From assembly GCA_963703955.1 (NCBI GenBank), contig CAVPGK010000010.1, forward strand, positions 32,001-96,000: a DNA stretch of 64,000 nt. The letters run 5' to 3'. The notes below the pieces were generated by a model, which saw nothing but the letters and a program-made list of their open reading frames with translations, ran no database searches and was not told where the DNA came from. Positions 1 to 10,784 of this stretch are shown piece by piece (the first letter of the stretch is position 1; every line of letters starts with the position of its first letter). The position numbers and the translations under genes were made by a program. Source of the DNA: Nitrospirota bacterium. GTDB lineage: Bacteria > Nitrospirota > Nitrospiria > Nitrospirales > Nitrospiraceae.

Positions 1-256
1 TGCCTGTTCCTGAGCCTCGCGGCAGGTCGCGGCCTCGATTGGGTACCCGGAGACAGATTGCAGCTCCATCTGCTCCTTATCGCGAACAATCGACAGGTAT
101 AGCTCGCACCGGAAATTGGATTCTCCCACATACTGGGTGCTGAGGAGCAGAAGCGAGCCATCTCGAAATGTGGTCATCGGCTCAACGTTCATCCTTGTCA
201 TGTGGATGACCCCATCATCTCCGAGCGGTTTTCCTAAGGACCTGTCACTTCCTGGC

Positions 257-604
257 TTAGATGGTCACGAATCTGTTTTGGTTGAACGCGCCATGGAGGT
301 GTTCGGTAACGAGGCGGCGGTAGTCGACGTTCGCCTTGCGCTCCTTGACCATGAGAACAAGACCATCCCGATCTGTGAGTATCACAAGATCGGTCTCTGC
401 AACCAGTTCCCGTATTGGTGTGCCCACGTCGATTCGATATTGAGTCTTACCGTCCGGATTGAGATTCGAACCATGGACGATCTCGGTCAGGCCGTCGATG
501 GAGCCCTCAATCCCCTTGGCCCCGCATCTGACTTTCGTCCCATCCGGAATCCTGACCCACGCTCTCCCGCTGTTCGGGCGTTTGGACCTGTCCTCGTTAA
601 CCAT
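257..604 (-). CDS. Hypothetical protein (115 aa)
   Basis: ATG-initiated ORF with a GAGG-type RBS upstream and protein-like composition. No recognised family. Confidence 0.6.
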   Translation of the reverse strand: MVNEDRSKRPNSGRAWVRIPDGTKVRCGAKGIEGSIDGLTEIVHGSNLNPDGKTQYRIDVGTPIRELVAETDLVILTDRDGLVLMVKERKANVDYRRLVTEHLHGAFNQNRFVTI

Positions 605-827
605 AGTGATGCCTCACTTCTAAACGGATCTTGAGTTGCGGCGGTGTCGGTGCCGATCAGTCCTGATCTTGGAGTGGATATGGCGTTACGGGAACCAGGG
701 AAGCGACATAGAGTGGCTAGCGTGGCTCACAACGTCATGCCCCATGCTACGCTCGAAGCACTGAGGGGGTCAAGCTATATTCGCGGGAGTAAGTGGAAAA
801 GCATTAGTTAGAATGGGGGAGCAGGTT

Positions 828-2010
828 TCACCCATCCGGGAATCTGAACTCGGCGAGGTCTGCCTGTTCCAGGCCTTCCTTGACCATGGCCCCGAGATCA
901 AATCCTCGTTCGATTTTGCGGATCTGGTCGAGGTCGGCTTTGGTGCTCGGATGAGGAGGCACAAAGAGCTTGCAGCAGTCCTGATCCGGCTCGATCGACG
1001 TCTCAAAACTTCCGATGCGTTGCGCCTGCTCCGTGATCTCGATCTTGTCCATCCCGATCAGCGGGCGGAGAATCGGCAGACCGGCGGCCTCTTCCACCAC
1101 CGTGAGGTTCCCCGGGGTTTGTGAAGCCACCTGGCCCAAGCTGTCTCCGGTAGCCAGAGCCCAGCAGCGCTCGCGTCTCGCGAGCTCCTCCGCGATGCGC
1201 ACCATCATGCGACGATACAGGACGATCCGGAAGGGCGCTGGCGCACCGAGTACGATCTGGCGCTGAATGTCGCCGAATGGAACCAGATACAGCCGCGAGT
1301 AGAGCTGAAACTGGGTCAGGTGTTGGACGATCTCACGCACCTTTTCTTCAGAAGCGCGGCTCACGTACGGCCTGCCGTGGAAATGCACGAACATGACCTT
1401 GCACCCACGCTTCATCATCCGGTAAGCGGCGACCGGTGAATCAATCCCACCGGAGATTAAGCAAGCGACTTTACCGCTGATGCCGACCGGAAGCCCGCCG
1501 GGGCCTGCATGCCGATCGACCGAATAGAAGGCGGCGTTGGAGAGGATCTCAAGGCGGATGGTCAGATCGGGGTTGCGAAGATTGACCGGCTTACCGGTGA
1601 GCTTCGCCGACGTGGGCGCCGATCTCACGGTCAATGTCCATGGATGTTCGGGGAAAGCGTTTGTCCGCTCGCTTGGTGCTGACGCGAAACGTGTTGAAGG
1701 CAAGACCCTGTACACGCTCGCCAACCGCCGTCTTGAGCGCATCAAAAGAATCGTTGCGACTCAGTGGAACAGAGTGCGCCAACGAGAAATTGGCGATGCC
1801 GAACACTCCGGCTAGGCGATTCCGCACGGACTCCCAGGGAACATTTTCACCGAGACCGACGCGAATGCGCCCCTGGAGAGACTCGACCTGAATGACCCCG
1901 AGATCACGAAGGCATCCTCGCAGGTTGCGAACCAAACGCTGCTCAAAGAACGGCCGGTTTCGTCCTTTGAGAGCGAGTTCATGGTAGTGGATGATCGCGC
2001 AACGCATCAC
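828..2010 (-). CDS. thiI: tRNA 4-thiouridine(8) synthase ThiI, short form without rhodanese domain; one frameshift near 1605
   Basis: N-terminal HYHELALKGRNR and THUMP region (ORF 1591-2010) continue into the PP-loop LISGGIDSPVA, TGDSLGQVASQT, RPLIGMDK and DCC (ORF 828-1745). Removing one G joins the frames. Confidence 0.92.
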
Positions 2011-2034
2011 TAACCTTTTCCATCACTTCCATCA

Positions 2035-2190
2035 TTGGACACCCGGTATTTGGCCAAGGTGGCTGGGCTGTTACCCACTGTGCGGATCCAGTACACCCGC
2101 CCAGCCCCGGGCGCGCCGAGACGCGCCTCTTTCCTCGGGCGACCACACACCGATCGTGCGCGGTGGACGAGCACGGGTGAGAGCCTCGCA
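2035..2190. repeat. Probable interspersed GC-rich repeat/MITE-like element between trxB and thiI
   Basis: Non-coding GC-rich stretch. The 13-mer CCGAGACGCGCCT (2116-2128) recurs at 40388-40400. It resembles Nitrospira intergenic repeats as I recall them. Confidence 0.4.
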
Positions 2191-2196
2191 CGTTCT

Positions 2197-3120
2197 TTAT
2201 CTTGTCTCTAGAGTCTCCAGATACCGTTCCGCATCCATCGCCGCCATGCAGCCCGAGCCAGCTGCCGTGATGGCCTGTCGATAGCGCGCATCCTGCACAT
2301 CCCCGGCCGCGAACACGCCCGGAACGCTCGTCTCCATTCCGTTCTTGGTGATGATGTATCCTCTCGCATCCATCTCGAGCTGACCATCGAACAGGCGGGT
2401 ATTGGGACTATGACCGATCGCGACGAAGACGCCGGCGCAGCTCATTTCCCATATTCGGCCGGTGACGACATTGCGCAAGCGAACACCGGTCACCAGGTCG
2501 TCACCCAGGATTTCTTCCACGACCGAGTTCCAGATGAACGAGATTTTTTCATTCTTGAGCGAGCGGTCTTGCATGATCTTGGAGGCTCGCAACTTGTCCC
2601 GCCGATGGACCACGGTAACGCGGGAGGCGAATCGTGTCAGAAAATTCGCCTCCTCCATGGCGGTATCGCCGCCGCCCACCACGACTATTTCCTTTCCTCT
2701 GAAAAAGAAGCCATCGCAGGTCGCGCAGCTGGACAGGCCATGCCCCATGAGTTTGGACTCACCCGGAAGGCCAAGCCAGATGGCGGAGGCGCCGGTCGCG
2801 ATGATCAACGTGCGAGCCTCGACCACGCGTTCGCCCTCGATCGTCACGGTCAGGGGAGCGCGCGTGAGATCGACGGCCGACACATTTCCCGTTGCAAATT
2901 CCGTCCCAAACCGTTCGGCTTGTGCCCGCATCTCCTTCATCAGGTCCGGGCCCATGATCGCATGGGAAAACCCCGGATAATTCTCCACGTCCGTTGTCAA
3001 GGTCAATTGGCCGCCGGCCCGCATGCCTTCGCTAAGAAGGGGGGCCAGATTGGCGCGAGCGGCATAAATTGCTGCGGTGAGCCCAGCCGGACCGGAGCCC
3101 ATGATGACAACATTTCGCAT
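2197..3120 (-). CDS. trxB: Thioredoxin-disulfide reductase
   Basis: GSGPAG FAD motif, CATC redox motif, GGGDTA NADPH motif, [18 protein letters not shown]. Confidence 0.97.
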   Translation of the reverse strand: MRNVVIMGSGPAGLTAAIYAARANLAPLLSEGMRAGGQLTLTTDVENYPGFSHAIMGPDLMKEMRAQAERFGTEFATGNVSAVDLTRAPLTVTIEGERVVEARTLIIATGASAIWLGLPGESKLMGHGLSSCATCDGFFFRGKEIVVVGGGDTAMEEANFLTRFASRVTVVHRRDKLRASKIMQDRSLKNEKISFIWNSVVEEILGDDLVTGVRLRNVVTGRIWEMSCAGVFVAIGHSPNTRLFDGQLEMDARGYIITKNGMETSVPGVFAAGDVQDARYRQAITAAGSGCMAAMDAERYLETLETR

Positions 3121-3249
3121 GAGAGGAATCTAACATAGAGCATCGGGTGGTTGCACGACCACGCGGATGTTCAATGCAGGGTTGCTTGTCAAGGGCGAAC
3201 GGCCTCTTGCCGACTTGACAATATAGGTTTTGGCGCTATCTATTCCCAT

Positions 3250-3894
3250 ATGGAACGGTATCTTACCTACGATGAGAAGAAGGCAGCCGAAGCCGCGTTC
3301 CGCGGGTTGCCTTGTGACCCGAAGTGGTCGGAGACTGCGCGCGGGGTTTATGAGGGAATAATCAAGGCCCGTCATGGTCATCCGCCGATCGATTTCACAG
3401 ACGAGCAGATGGCTCACACCGGGGACCTAGAAGCCGAGAACGGTCGGCCGGCCGGATGGTCGAAAGACGTCATCAGCGAGGAAGCGGAGCCGGGGAAGGC
3501 AGGCGAGACTCAGAATGCCATTCTCAATCGTGACGAAGCGATCCAAGCCGGTATCTTGATCGACGTCACACCTCAAGCTCAGGAATTAGGCCTCAATCTT
3601 CCGGTGGGTATCAGCAAACCTCTGTGGGAAATCGGCATCACCGCTTCACATAAATTGCACGACGACGAATACAGCGATCGTGTACGGGACGTGCTCATGG
3701 CTCTTCGACTTCACCTGGAGACCACAGAGGTCTCCTCTCCCTGGATCAAATTTCCGGTGCTCCTTTCGTTTCCTCCCGACGCGTCGCCCCAGGTGTGCTC
3801 GTTGTATGCCGTCGCGCACAAGGATCCGTCCGCTCCCTATTCCCTGACGCTGTTGCTCCCCCACGAGATGTCCGCGATCAAGCCGTCTGAGTAG
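3250..3894 (+). CDS. Hypothetical protein with a C-terminal DUF6573-like region
   Basis: Likely start MERYLTY at 3250. RDEAIQAGILIDVT...AQELGLNLPVGISKPLW resembles the RAQAIxDGVLVDV motif. Confidence 0.6.
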   Translation: MERYLTYDEKKAAEAAFRGLPCDPKWSETARGVYEGIIKARHGHPPIDFTDEQMAHTGDLEAENGRPAGWSKDVISEEAEPGKAGETQNAILNRDEAIQAGILIDVTPQAQELGLNLPVGISKPLWEIGITASHKLHDDEYSDRVRDVLMALRLHLETTEVSSPWIKFPVLLSFPPDASPQVCSLYAVAHKDPSAPYSLTLLLPHEMSAIKPSE

Positions 3895-3895
3895 A

Positions 3896-4016
3896 GGGCT
3901 GCCGAAAGGCCTCCAGCGGAGATCTCGCCTCACAAGCATCCTCAACGACTTGCGAATGCACGCTTCCGGTTTCTACTCGGCTGCCGACTTGCTGGATGAC
4001 CTTCTTGAGCAGCCTG
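3896..4016. repeat. ~120-bp palindromic interspersed repeat (REP/MITE-like) overlapping the 3' end of coaE
   Basis: Imperfect terminal inverted repeats GGCTGCCGAAAGG and CCTTCTTGAGCAGCC. It lies between convergent genes. Confidence 0.6.
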
Positions 4017-4619
4017 CATGGCAAGCCCTTTAACCTCCGAGTAAATCCTTCTAATGGTCGGACGAAGCCGTTCGATCGAAAGTGTTCCGTCAATGACGTA
4101 GTCGGCGAGTGCGAGCTTCTTGCGCAGCGGGATCTGCGCGCGGATGCGCCGTAAGGCTTCCGCGCGACTTATGTGATTTCTGACCTGCAAGCGGGAGATT
4201 TGTGCTGGCTGATCCGCCGACACGACAACGATCTTGTCCATGCGCTTGTGCGCCTCCGCTTCAATGAGGAGCGGCGCATCGTAGATCACGACGGCCTCGG
4301 GTTTCTTGTCCGCAAGTTCCCGTACCAATCGCGCCTGCTCTCGCGCCACCCGAGGGTGGACGATCCGATTAAGCGCGCTGAGCTTAGGAGAGTGGCGAAA
4401 AACTATTCGTGCAATGGCCTGCCGATCCAGTGTGCGATCTGGCTGGAGCACAGCTCGACCATACTCACGGACGATATCTCGCCAGGCAGGTTTCCCAGGC
4501 TGAACGACCTGGCGAGCTAGGATGTCCGCATCGATGACTACTGCCCCGCACTCCTGAAAGAGTTTGGCGACGGTGCTCTTTCCGGTTGCAAGTCCACCGG
4601 TTAAGCCCACAACGACCAT
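3942..4619 (-). CDS. coaE: Dephospho-CoA kinase
   Basis: MVVVGLTGGLATGKST P-loop, IDADILAR, IVHPRV, DAPLLIE, ADYVID. Start re-assigned to ATG at 4619. Confidence 0.95.
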   Translation of the reverse strand: MVVVGLTGGLATGKSTVAKLFQECGAVVIDADILARQVVQPGKPAWRDIVREYGRAVLQPDRTLDRQAIARIVFRHSPKLSALNRIVHPRVAREQARLVRELADKKPEAVVIYDAPLLIEAEAHKRMDKIVVVSADQPAQISRLQVRNHISRAEALRRIRAQIPLRKKLALADYVIDGTLSIERLRPTIRRIYSEVKGLAMQAAQEGHPASRQPSRNRKRAFASR

Positions 4620-4717
4620 GCCGGAGGATACCACGCACCTCTCGACCCCCACAAGAAATGGCAGACGCTGACACGGCTGGCTTGACTTGGGAGAATACTT
4701 CCCTGTATCACGCTGAC

Positions 4718-5770
4718 ATGGTGGAGCGATATCAGCAGGCGTGGGTTTTGTACCTTGCGCTGATGATGTCCCTGGGTTGGATGACGTCCGCCAGGGCCGG
4801 TGACGCGGAAGAGCCACTACACATCGTCGGGACCCGCACCATCCTGGTGGCGCTCGATGGGAGTGGTGAGTATCGGTCGATTCAGGAGGCGGTCGATGGC
4901 GCTGGCCGTGGAGCCACGGTCCGGATCAAAGCCGGTTCCTATCAGGAAGACGTCACGATTCATAGTAAGGAAGGGATCCGGGTGATCGGGGAGGGTGTCG
5001 ACCGTGTGAAGGTCGTGGGACGGAACCGCGTAGGCTCCTTCCATATCGGAAAATGGCCTTACGGAGCGACCAATATCGAGATCAGCGGCCTCACGATCCA
5101 GGAACACGGTGGCCTGGCCATGGGTATCTTCAATGGGCGCGGGATCCTGTTGCGCGACGTCCGGATCAACGGAATGTTGTTTGCACAGCAGGTGCAGGAT
5201 GTCCGCATCGAGCAGTGTATCCTCGGCGCTAGCGAGACCACCGGCGTGCAGTTTGCCGATTCCCAAGCTGTCCTGGTGGGAAATCTCATTCATGATAACG
5301 ACCATGGCGTCACGGTGGCCGGAAAATCCGACGTCCGCCTGGAACACAACGTGATCATTCAGAACCTCTTTGAAGGTGTCGTGGTGACCGACAGCGCGCG
5401 CGGGGTTCTGCTGAATAACACGATCGTCAAGAACGGCGGCGGCCTCGCCTTTCTGGAGACCTCTCTGGGGGAAGCAACAGGGAACATCGTCGGTTTGAAC
5501 AAGATCGGATTCGTCATCGGGCCTTCGAGTCAGCCGCGGCTCTCTTACAATGCCCTCAACAACAACGAATATGATTACCTGCGGGCAGGTACGCCCAATC
5601 TTCCCGCGCCGGAATTAAGGACGGACACGGACGTGGCGGCGGACCCGCGATTCGTCGATTCCGGTCACGATGATTTCCGTTTGCGTCCCGATAGTCCGCT
5701 GCTTCGGGTCGGGCAGTTTGCCTATCTGGGTGCCTTGCCGCCGCTTGACGCCAAACAGTCCTCACCGTAG
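4718..5770 (+). CDS. Secreted right-handed parallel beta-helix protein (pectin-lyase fold)
   Basis: Signal peptide, VALDGSGEYRSIQEAVD (pectinesterase-like start), repeated Asn-ladder units, C-terminal DPRFVD...DFRLRPDSP. Confidence 0.8.
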   Translation: MVERYQQAWVLYLALMMSLGWMTSARAGDAEEPLHIVGTRTILVALDGSGEYRSIQEAVDGAGRGATVRIKAGSYQEDVTIHSKEGIRVIGEGVDRVKVVGRNRVGSFHIGKWPYGATNIEISGLTIQEHGGLAMGIFNGRGILLRDVRINGMLFAQQVQDVRIEQCILGASETTGVQFADSQAVLVGNLIHDNDHGVTVAGKSDVRLEHNVIIQNLFEGVVVTDSARGVLLNNTIVKNGGGLAFLETSLGEATGNIVGLNKIGFVIGPSSQPRLSYNALNNNEYDYLRAGTPNLPAPELRTDTDVAADPRFVDSGHDDFRLRPDSPLLRVGQFAYLGALPPLDAKQSSP

Positions 5771-5887
5771 CCGAAGCCGAGCGGCACCACCCAACCGAGT
5801 TCGTGTGGTATCATGAATGCAGGAAGGCAAGAGGATCTCGAGTACGCTTGCTCACGTCTCCATGCAACAGTTCAGCAAGGAGGTATC

Positions 5888-6073
5888 ATGGCCAGCTACC
5901 GATCCGAACATGAACGATCCTGTCTTGAAGGGACTCCCTCGTTGGAAGAGATGGAAGTGGGAAAGCCTGTCGGGGCGATCCTGCCGATGTCTGAGCATGC
6001 ACAAGTCGCTCTACGCGACAGTATCGAACTGATCGATTATCTCATGAACCAGGATGAGGTGACCTGGAACTGA
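5888..6073 (+). CDS. Small hypothetical protein (61 aa)
   Basis: Strong RBS AAGGAGG before ATG at 5888. Acidic small ORF. Confidence 0.55.
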   Translation: MASYRSEHERSCLEGTPSLEEMEVGKPVGAILPMSEHAQVALRDSIELIDYLMNQDEVTWN

Positions 6074-6378
6074 TCACGTGGGGCGGGTGCGCGAGTGTTC
6101 TGCCATAGTGTGCTGATTGATGCGATGACTTTCTTCTACCAGAACTTTCGCCTTCCTCCTTCCCGCCCACCCGCAATCTTCCCTAACCTGACCGATCATC
6201 CGACCCGGTCTCTTTTGTCCTAGCAGCTCACGCCTATCCTCGTATAACATTTCAGCGCATTTGGTAACGATCGATTCGTCTTGGGGACTTTACCCGTAGG
6301 CCATGCGCTAGGTCGAGGAGTCGGTCCGCGCAGAATCAAAGAAGTTCTAGAGATTTCTCTGAAGGCGAAAGCAAGACG

Positions 6379-9045
6379 ATGGTAGGCAAGAAGGAAGCTA
6401 CGGCTGAAGACCGGAGATTAGAGGAGGATGCTCGGCGCGAGAAGCATTGGAAACGCTGGGGACCTTACCTCAGCGAGCGTGCGTGGGGAACCGTCCGCGA
6501 GGACTACAGTCCATATGGCACGGCCTGGGAGCATCTTCCGCACGACCATGCGCGGTCGAAAGCTTACCGGTGGAATGAAGACGGGCTCGCCGGGATCTCC
6601 GACCGACATCAAATGATCTGCTTTGCGCTGGCTCTGTGGAATGGCCGCGATCCGATCCTCAAGGAACGGGTGTTTGGTCTGACGGGGAACGAGGGCAATC
6701 ACGGTGAGGACGTCAAAGAGTACTACTTCTACCTGGATTCCACACCCACCCACTCCTATATGAAATACCTCTATAAGTATCCACAGGCGGAGTTTCCTTA
6801 TGCGCGACTGGTCGAGGAAAACAGACGCCGCGGGCGCAATGCCCCGGAGTTCGAATTGCTTGAGACCGGCGCATTTGATCAGGATCGGTATTTCGATGTC
6901 TTTGTGGAATACGCCAAAGCCTCGCCAGAAGACCTCCTGATCCGCATCCAGGTCATCAATCGTGGCCCGGATGTCGCAGAATTGGCTGTCCTCCCGACGA
7001 TGTGGTTTCGCAATACCTGGTCCTGGGGACTCGACGTGCGTCGCCCGCGCTTGCGCGCCGCCGCTGGCGACACACGGGCGATCGAAATGAATCACGATTA
7101 CTATGGCTACCGTCGGCTGCTGTGCGAGGGAATACCCGATCTTCTCTTTACAGAAAATGAAACGAACATTCGAAGGCTCCATGGAATCGAAGACGGCGAG
7201 CGTTACGTCAAGGACGGCATCAATGACTATGTCGTGCATGGCGACAAGGGGGCTATCAATCCGGACCGGATCGGTTCGAAAGCGGCCGCTCATTACGTGC
7301 TGGTTCTCGACCCTGGTGGGACCGTAACTATCCGTCTTCGATTCACCGACAGCCAATCCACTGTCTCGCCATTTGGCAGTGCGTTCGACGCCGTCGTTTC
7401 GCAACGACTGCAAGAGGCCGATGAATTCTACGCGCGATTGGCGCCTGCTCGTTTGTCCGAAGACGCCCATCGTGTTCAACGTCAAGCCTTTGGCGGGCTG
7501 CTGTGGAGCAAGCAATTCTATCACTATGACGTCAACCGTTGGCTCAAGGGCGATCCGGCTGGGCCTGAACCGCCCGTGACTCGTCTTCGCGGGAGAAACC
7601 ATGACTGGACCCATCTCTATAATGCCGATGTCATTTCGATGCCGGACAAATGGGAGTATCCCTGGTATGCGGCCTGGGATCTTGCGTTCCATTGCATTCC
7701 GCTGGCTTTGGTCGACCCCACGTTTGCCAAGGATCAACTCGTCTTGCTGTTGCGCGAATGGTACATGCACCCCAACGGGCAACTGCCGGCCTATGAATGG
7801 TCTTTTGGCGACGTCAATCCGCCCGTGCATGCCTGGGCCGCCTGGCGTGTCTACAAAATCGAAAAGAAACGACGTGGCGTAGGAGATCGGACATTTCTCG
7901 AACGCGTCTTTCACAAGCTGCTTCTGAATTTCACTTGGTGGGTTAATCGTAAGGATGCCAAAGGAAAGAATATCTTCCAGGGCGGATTCCTGGGGCTCGA
8001 CAACATCGGAGTCTTTGATCGCAGCGCTCCTCTGCCGACCGGTGGCCACATCGAACAGTCCGACGCCACCAGTTGGATGGGCATGTATTGTCTGAACATG
8101 CTGGCGATCGCGATGGAATTGGCCAAGGAGAACCGTGCGTATGAAGATGTGTCCAGCAAATTTTTCGAGCATTTTGTCTACATTTGCCGGGCGATGAATA
8201 ACATCGGCGAAGAAAAAATCGAACTGTGGGATAAGCAGGACGGGTTCTTTTACGACGTGTTACATCTCCCAGATGGCCGCAATTTTCCCATGAAGGTGCG
8301 CTCGATGGTCGGGTTGATTCCGCTGTTCGCCGTAGAAACTCTTGATTCCGAATTAGTGGACCGGCTCCCTCGGTTTAAGCATCGGCTGCAGTGGTTTATC
8401 GAAAACCGGCCCGACTTCAGCGCGCATGTCGAAGCGCAATCGTACGAATCCGGTGTGCGCCGGTTCCTGTCGCTGGTTCATCGTCATCGGCTTCGACAGG
8501 TCCTTCGGTACATGCTGGACGAAAGGGAGTTTCTGGCTCCGTGCGGAATTCGTGCCCTCTCCCAATACCACCGAGAGCATCCCTATACGCTCTCGGTGAC
8601 GGGAATGGAATATCGTGTGGACTACGAACCGGCTGAGTCCAGCACCGGCCTCTTCGGTGGCAATTCCAATTGGCGTGGGCCGGTCTGGTTTCCGGTTAAC
8701 TACCTGATCATCGAGTCACTTCAGAAATTTCATTATTTCTTAGGCGACAGTTACCTGGTCGAGTGCCCTACCGGTTCCGGCCGAATGATGACGTTGCATG
8801 AAGTGGCGACCGAGCTGTCACGTCGCCTGACGCGCATCTTTCTTCGAGACGCGGACGGCCGGAGACCGGTCTATGGCGGCGCGAAAAAGTTTCAGCACGA
8901 TCCCCACTGGCGTGATCTGATTCTCTTCTATGAATATTTTCATGGCGATAATGGTTCCGGCATCGGGGCCAGTCATCAGACAGGGTGGACAGGCCTGGTC
9001 GCGAAATGTCTCGATGTTCTTTCGCGCAGTGGATTCAAGGAGTGA
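6379..9045 (+). CDS. GH63-like glucosidase (MGH1-like)
   Basis: [77 protein letters not shown]. Confidence 0.92.
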   Translation: MVGKKEATAEDRRLEEDARREKHWKRWGPYLSERAWGTVREDYSPYGTAWEHLPHDHARSKAYRWNEDGLAGISDRHQMICFALALWNGRDPILKERVFGLTGNEGNHGEDVKEYYFYLDSTPTHSYMKYLYKYPQAEFPYARLVEENRRRGRNAPEFELLETGAFDQDRYFDVFVEYAKASPEDLLIRIQVINRGPDVAELAVLPTMWFRNTWSWGLDVRRPRLRAAAGDTRAIEMNHDYYGYRRLLCEGIPDLLFTENETNIRRLHGIEDGERYVKDGINDYVVHGDKGAINPDRIGSKAAAHYVLVLDPGGTVTIRLRFTDSQSTVSPFGSAFDAVVSQRLQEADEFYARLAPARLSEDAHRVQRQAFGGLLWSKQFYHYDVNRWLKGDPAGPEPPVTRLRGRNHDWTHLYNADVISMPDKWEYPWYAAWDLAFHCIPLALVDPTFAKDQLVLLLREWYMHPNGQLPAYEWSFGDVNPPVHAWAAWRVYKIEKKRRGVGDRTFLERVFHKLLLNFTWWVNRKDAKGKNIFQGGFLGLDNIGVFDRSAPLPTGGHIEQSDATSWMGMYCLNMLAIAMELAKENRAYEDVSSKFFEHFVYICRAMNNIGEEKIELWDKQDGFFYDVLHLPDGRNFPMKVRSMVGLIPLFAVETLDSELVDRLPRFKHRLQWFIENRPDFSAHVEAQSYESGVRRFLSLVHRHRLRQVLRYMLDEREFLAPCGIRALSQYHREHPYTLSVTGMEYRVDYEPAESSTGLFGGNSNWRGPVWFPVNYLIIESLQKFHYFLGDSYLVECPTGSGRMMTLHEVATELSRRLTRIFLRDADGRRPVYGGAKKFQHDPHWRDLILFYEYFHGDNGSGIGASHQTGWTGLVAKCLDVLSRSGFKE

Positions 9046-9091
9046 GTCGGTCTTCCGTTCTTTCCTCCGCGCCGATTGCGCCGCCGCACCC

Positions 9092-9314
9092 TATTTCACC
9101 GATCCGCCGTTCGGGCTCCCGAAGGTCTTCGATGATCCCCTCAAAGAGCTGCCCTACAGCGGCGTGTTCCGCGTGTCGTCGGCAAGGTTCAACTGCTGAG
9201 CACCGATCTGAGCGAGGATACGTTAGACAGGCTGAAGGCGGATCAGCAGGGCAATGTGATGTCAGTGGACCGGGCGGGATCTGGATCCTCTCGCCGGAAG
9301 GTAAGCGCCTCGGG
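9092..9314 (+). pseudogene. Collapsed remnant of an SMP-30/gluconolactonase family gene
   Basis: Fragments YFTDPPFGLPKVFDDPLKELPYSGVFRV, then DRLKADQQGNV and SGPGGIWILSPEGKRLG in different frames, with the intervening parts missing. Confidence 0.75.
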
Positions 9315-10223
9315 CTAAGGGTTTATCGGTATGAGCCCCGGTATCTTTAGCGCGTGTACGGCCTCTCGAATGACGTCCAACACGGTCGGTCTCGCAAATC
9401 CCTTCCGCCACGCAAGCCCGATCCGCCGCTGCGGGACCGGATCGGTGAAGCTTAGCGTGACCAGCCGCTTATTGTGATGTTTGGGGGTCAGTGCGCTACA
9501 CGGTAACACGGTGATCCCCAGCCCCGATGCCACCATGTGACGGATGGTTTCCAGGGAGTTACCCTGAATCCCCTCGCGATCCGAACGACTCAGTTCAGGG
9601 CACGCGTCGAGCACTTGCCGTCGGAAACAGTGTCCTGCGTGTGGAAGCAACACCTTTTCACCGGACAGCTCATCGGCATCGATACGCGATTTCTTGACCC
9701 AGGGGTGCGTGATGGGAATAACGGCTTTGAATGGTTCATCGTACAGAGCCACTGTCACAATGCCTGGCTCGTCGAAGGGCAGCGCAATCATCAGAACATC
9801 AAGTTTTCCGTTCTTTAGCATGCGACTCAGATGGATCGTCAAGTTCTCTTCGATCTCCAAAGGCATGGCCGGAGCGCGCTTGTGCAGGATCGGCACTAAC
9901 TCCGGCAAGATATACGGTCCTGCCGTTGCGATCACGCCCAGGCGCAAGGCTCCGACGAGCTGATCTTTCCCCTGAGCTGCGATCGCCTTGACTTGCTCAG
10001 CCTCCTCCAACACCCGCTGTGCCTGCTCAATGATTCTCTCACCGATCGGCGTGACCACCACTTCGTTCTTCTTCCGCTCGAATAGAACGGTTCCCAGTTC
10101 GTCCTCTAACTTTTGAATCGCCAGACTCAGGGCTGGTTGCGTGATGAAACAGCGGTCGGCGGCGCGACCGAAATGTAGTTCTTGAGCGACAGCGACGATG
10201 TAGCGCAGCTCTGTCAAGGTCAT
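9315..10223 (-). CDS. oxyR: H2O2-inducible LysR regulator OxyR
   Basis: MTLTELRYIVAVAQELHFGRAA HTH. GHCFRRQVLDAC has the two OxyR redox cysteines at C199/C208 spacing. SLETIRHMVASGLG. Confidence 0.9.
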   Translation of the reverse strand: MTLTELRYIVAVAQELHFGRAADRCFITQPALSLAIQKLEDELGTVLFERKKNEVVVTPIGERIIEQAQRVLEEAEQVKAIAAQGKDQLVGALRLGVIATAGPYILPELVPILHKRAPAMPLEIEENLTIHLSRMLKNGKLDVLMIALPFDEPGIVTVALYDEPFKAVIPITHPWVKKSRIDADELSGEKVLLPHAGHCFRRQVLDACPELSRSDREGIQGNSLETIRHMVASGLGITVLPCSALTPKHHNKRLVTLSFTDPVPQRRIGLAWRKGFARPTVLDVIREAVHALKIPGLIPINP

Positions 10224-10247
10224 TGGCTCGCAACACTCCTGGGCGTA

Positions 10248-10305
10248 GCGATAAATAATATAAATCACATGATCATGCATAATCAATTGGACTAATCTCA
10301 TCGTG
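10248..10305. promoter_or_regulatory. AT-rich divergent promoter with probable LysR/OxyR binding site
   Basis: Strongly AT-rich patch in a GC-rich genome. ATAAATAATATAAAT fits T-N11-A. It sits between oxyR and the divergent operon. Confidence 0.55.
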
Positions 10306-10358
10306 GGTCTTACATTCGGTATAGACAGAATCAAAACAGAGGAAAGGAGGATGCAGCC

Positions 10359-10718
10359 ATGAGAACAAGAAACGCGTTGCTCGGTGTGAGCGTTATCATC
10401 GCAACTCTCGCAGTGGGGTGCGCCGAGGTCACGCCCCAAGATTCCGTCATCTCGCAGAGCATAGCGGCGCCGAAACCGGTGAGCCAGCGTGAGGCTGCCG
10501 ATCAGGCCTTTGAATATCGCCGACAAGCTGCGGAACTTCGAGGTATGGCAAGGCGGCTTGAACTAGAGACCAACATCTATAAAAAGCAAGGTGGGGAGCC
10601 AAGCGAACGAACCCGAGCCGGCCTTGAACAGGCAAACGCCATGTGGGCCGCGGCTGAAGAGGCAGAGCAGGTCGCGCGCGAGTACCGACGACAAGTGCCG
10701 CATGGCCAAGCGTTCTGA
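10359..10718 (+). CDS. Small helical exported lipoprotein, unknown function
   Basis: RBS AGGAGG, signal peptide with lipobox LAVGC, Ala/Glu/Arg-rich helical body. Confidence 0.8.
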   Translation: MRTRNALLGVSVIIATLAVGCAEVTPQDSVISQSIAAPKPVSQREAADQAFEYRRQAAELRGMARRLELETNIYKKQGGEPSERTRAGLEQANAMWAAAEEAEQVAREYRRQVPHGQAF

Positions 10719-10784
10719 TCGATGGAGATGGCCTGGATCGAGGAGCGCACCTGGAACAGCCGGAGCAGTGGAAAGGAGACGATC

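Noticed and set aside
1590..1620. Programmed frameshift in thiI
   Set aside because: No slippery heptamer. Same single-base insertion pattern as the other probable errors.
6418..8172. Long antisense ORFs (also 10788-11912, 15352-16383, 18459-19724, 45256-46257)
   Set aside because: Shadow frames of well-supported genes in high-GC DNA, with no recognisable motifs.
10224..10526. 100-aa N-terminal extension of OxyR
   Set aside because: It overlaps the divergent promoter and lipoprotein gene. The LysR HTH begins at 10223.
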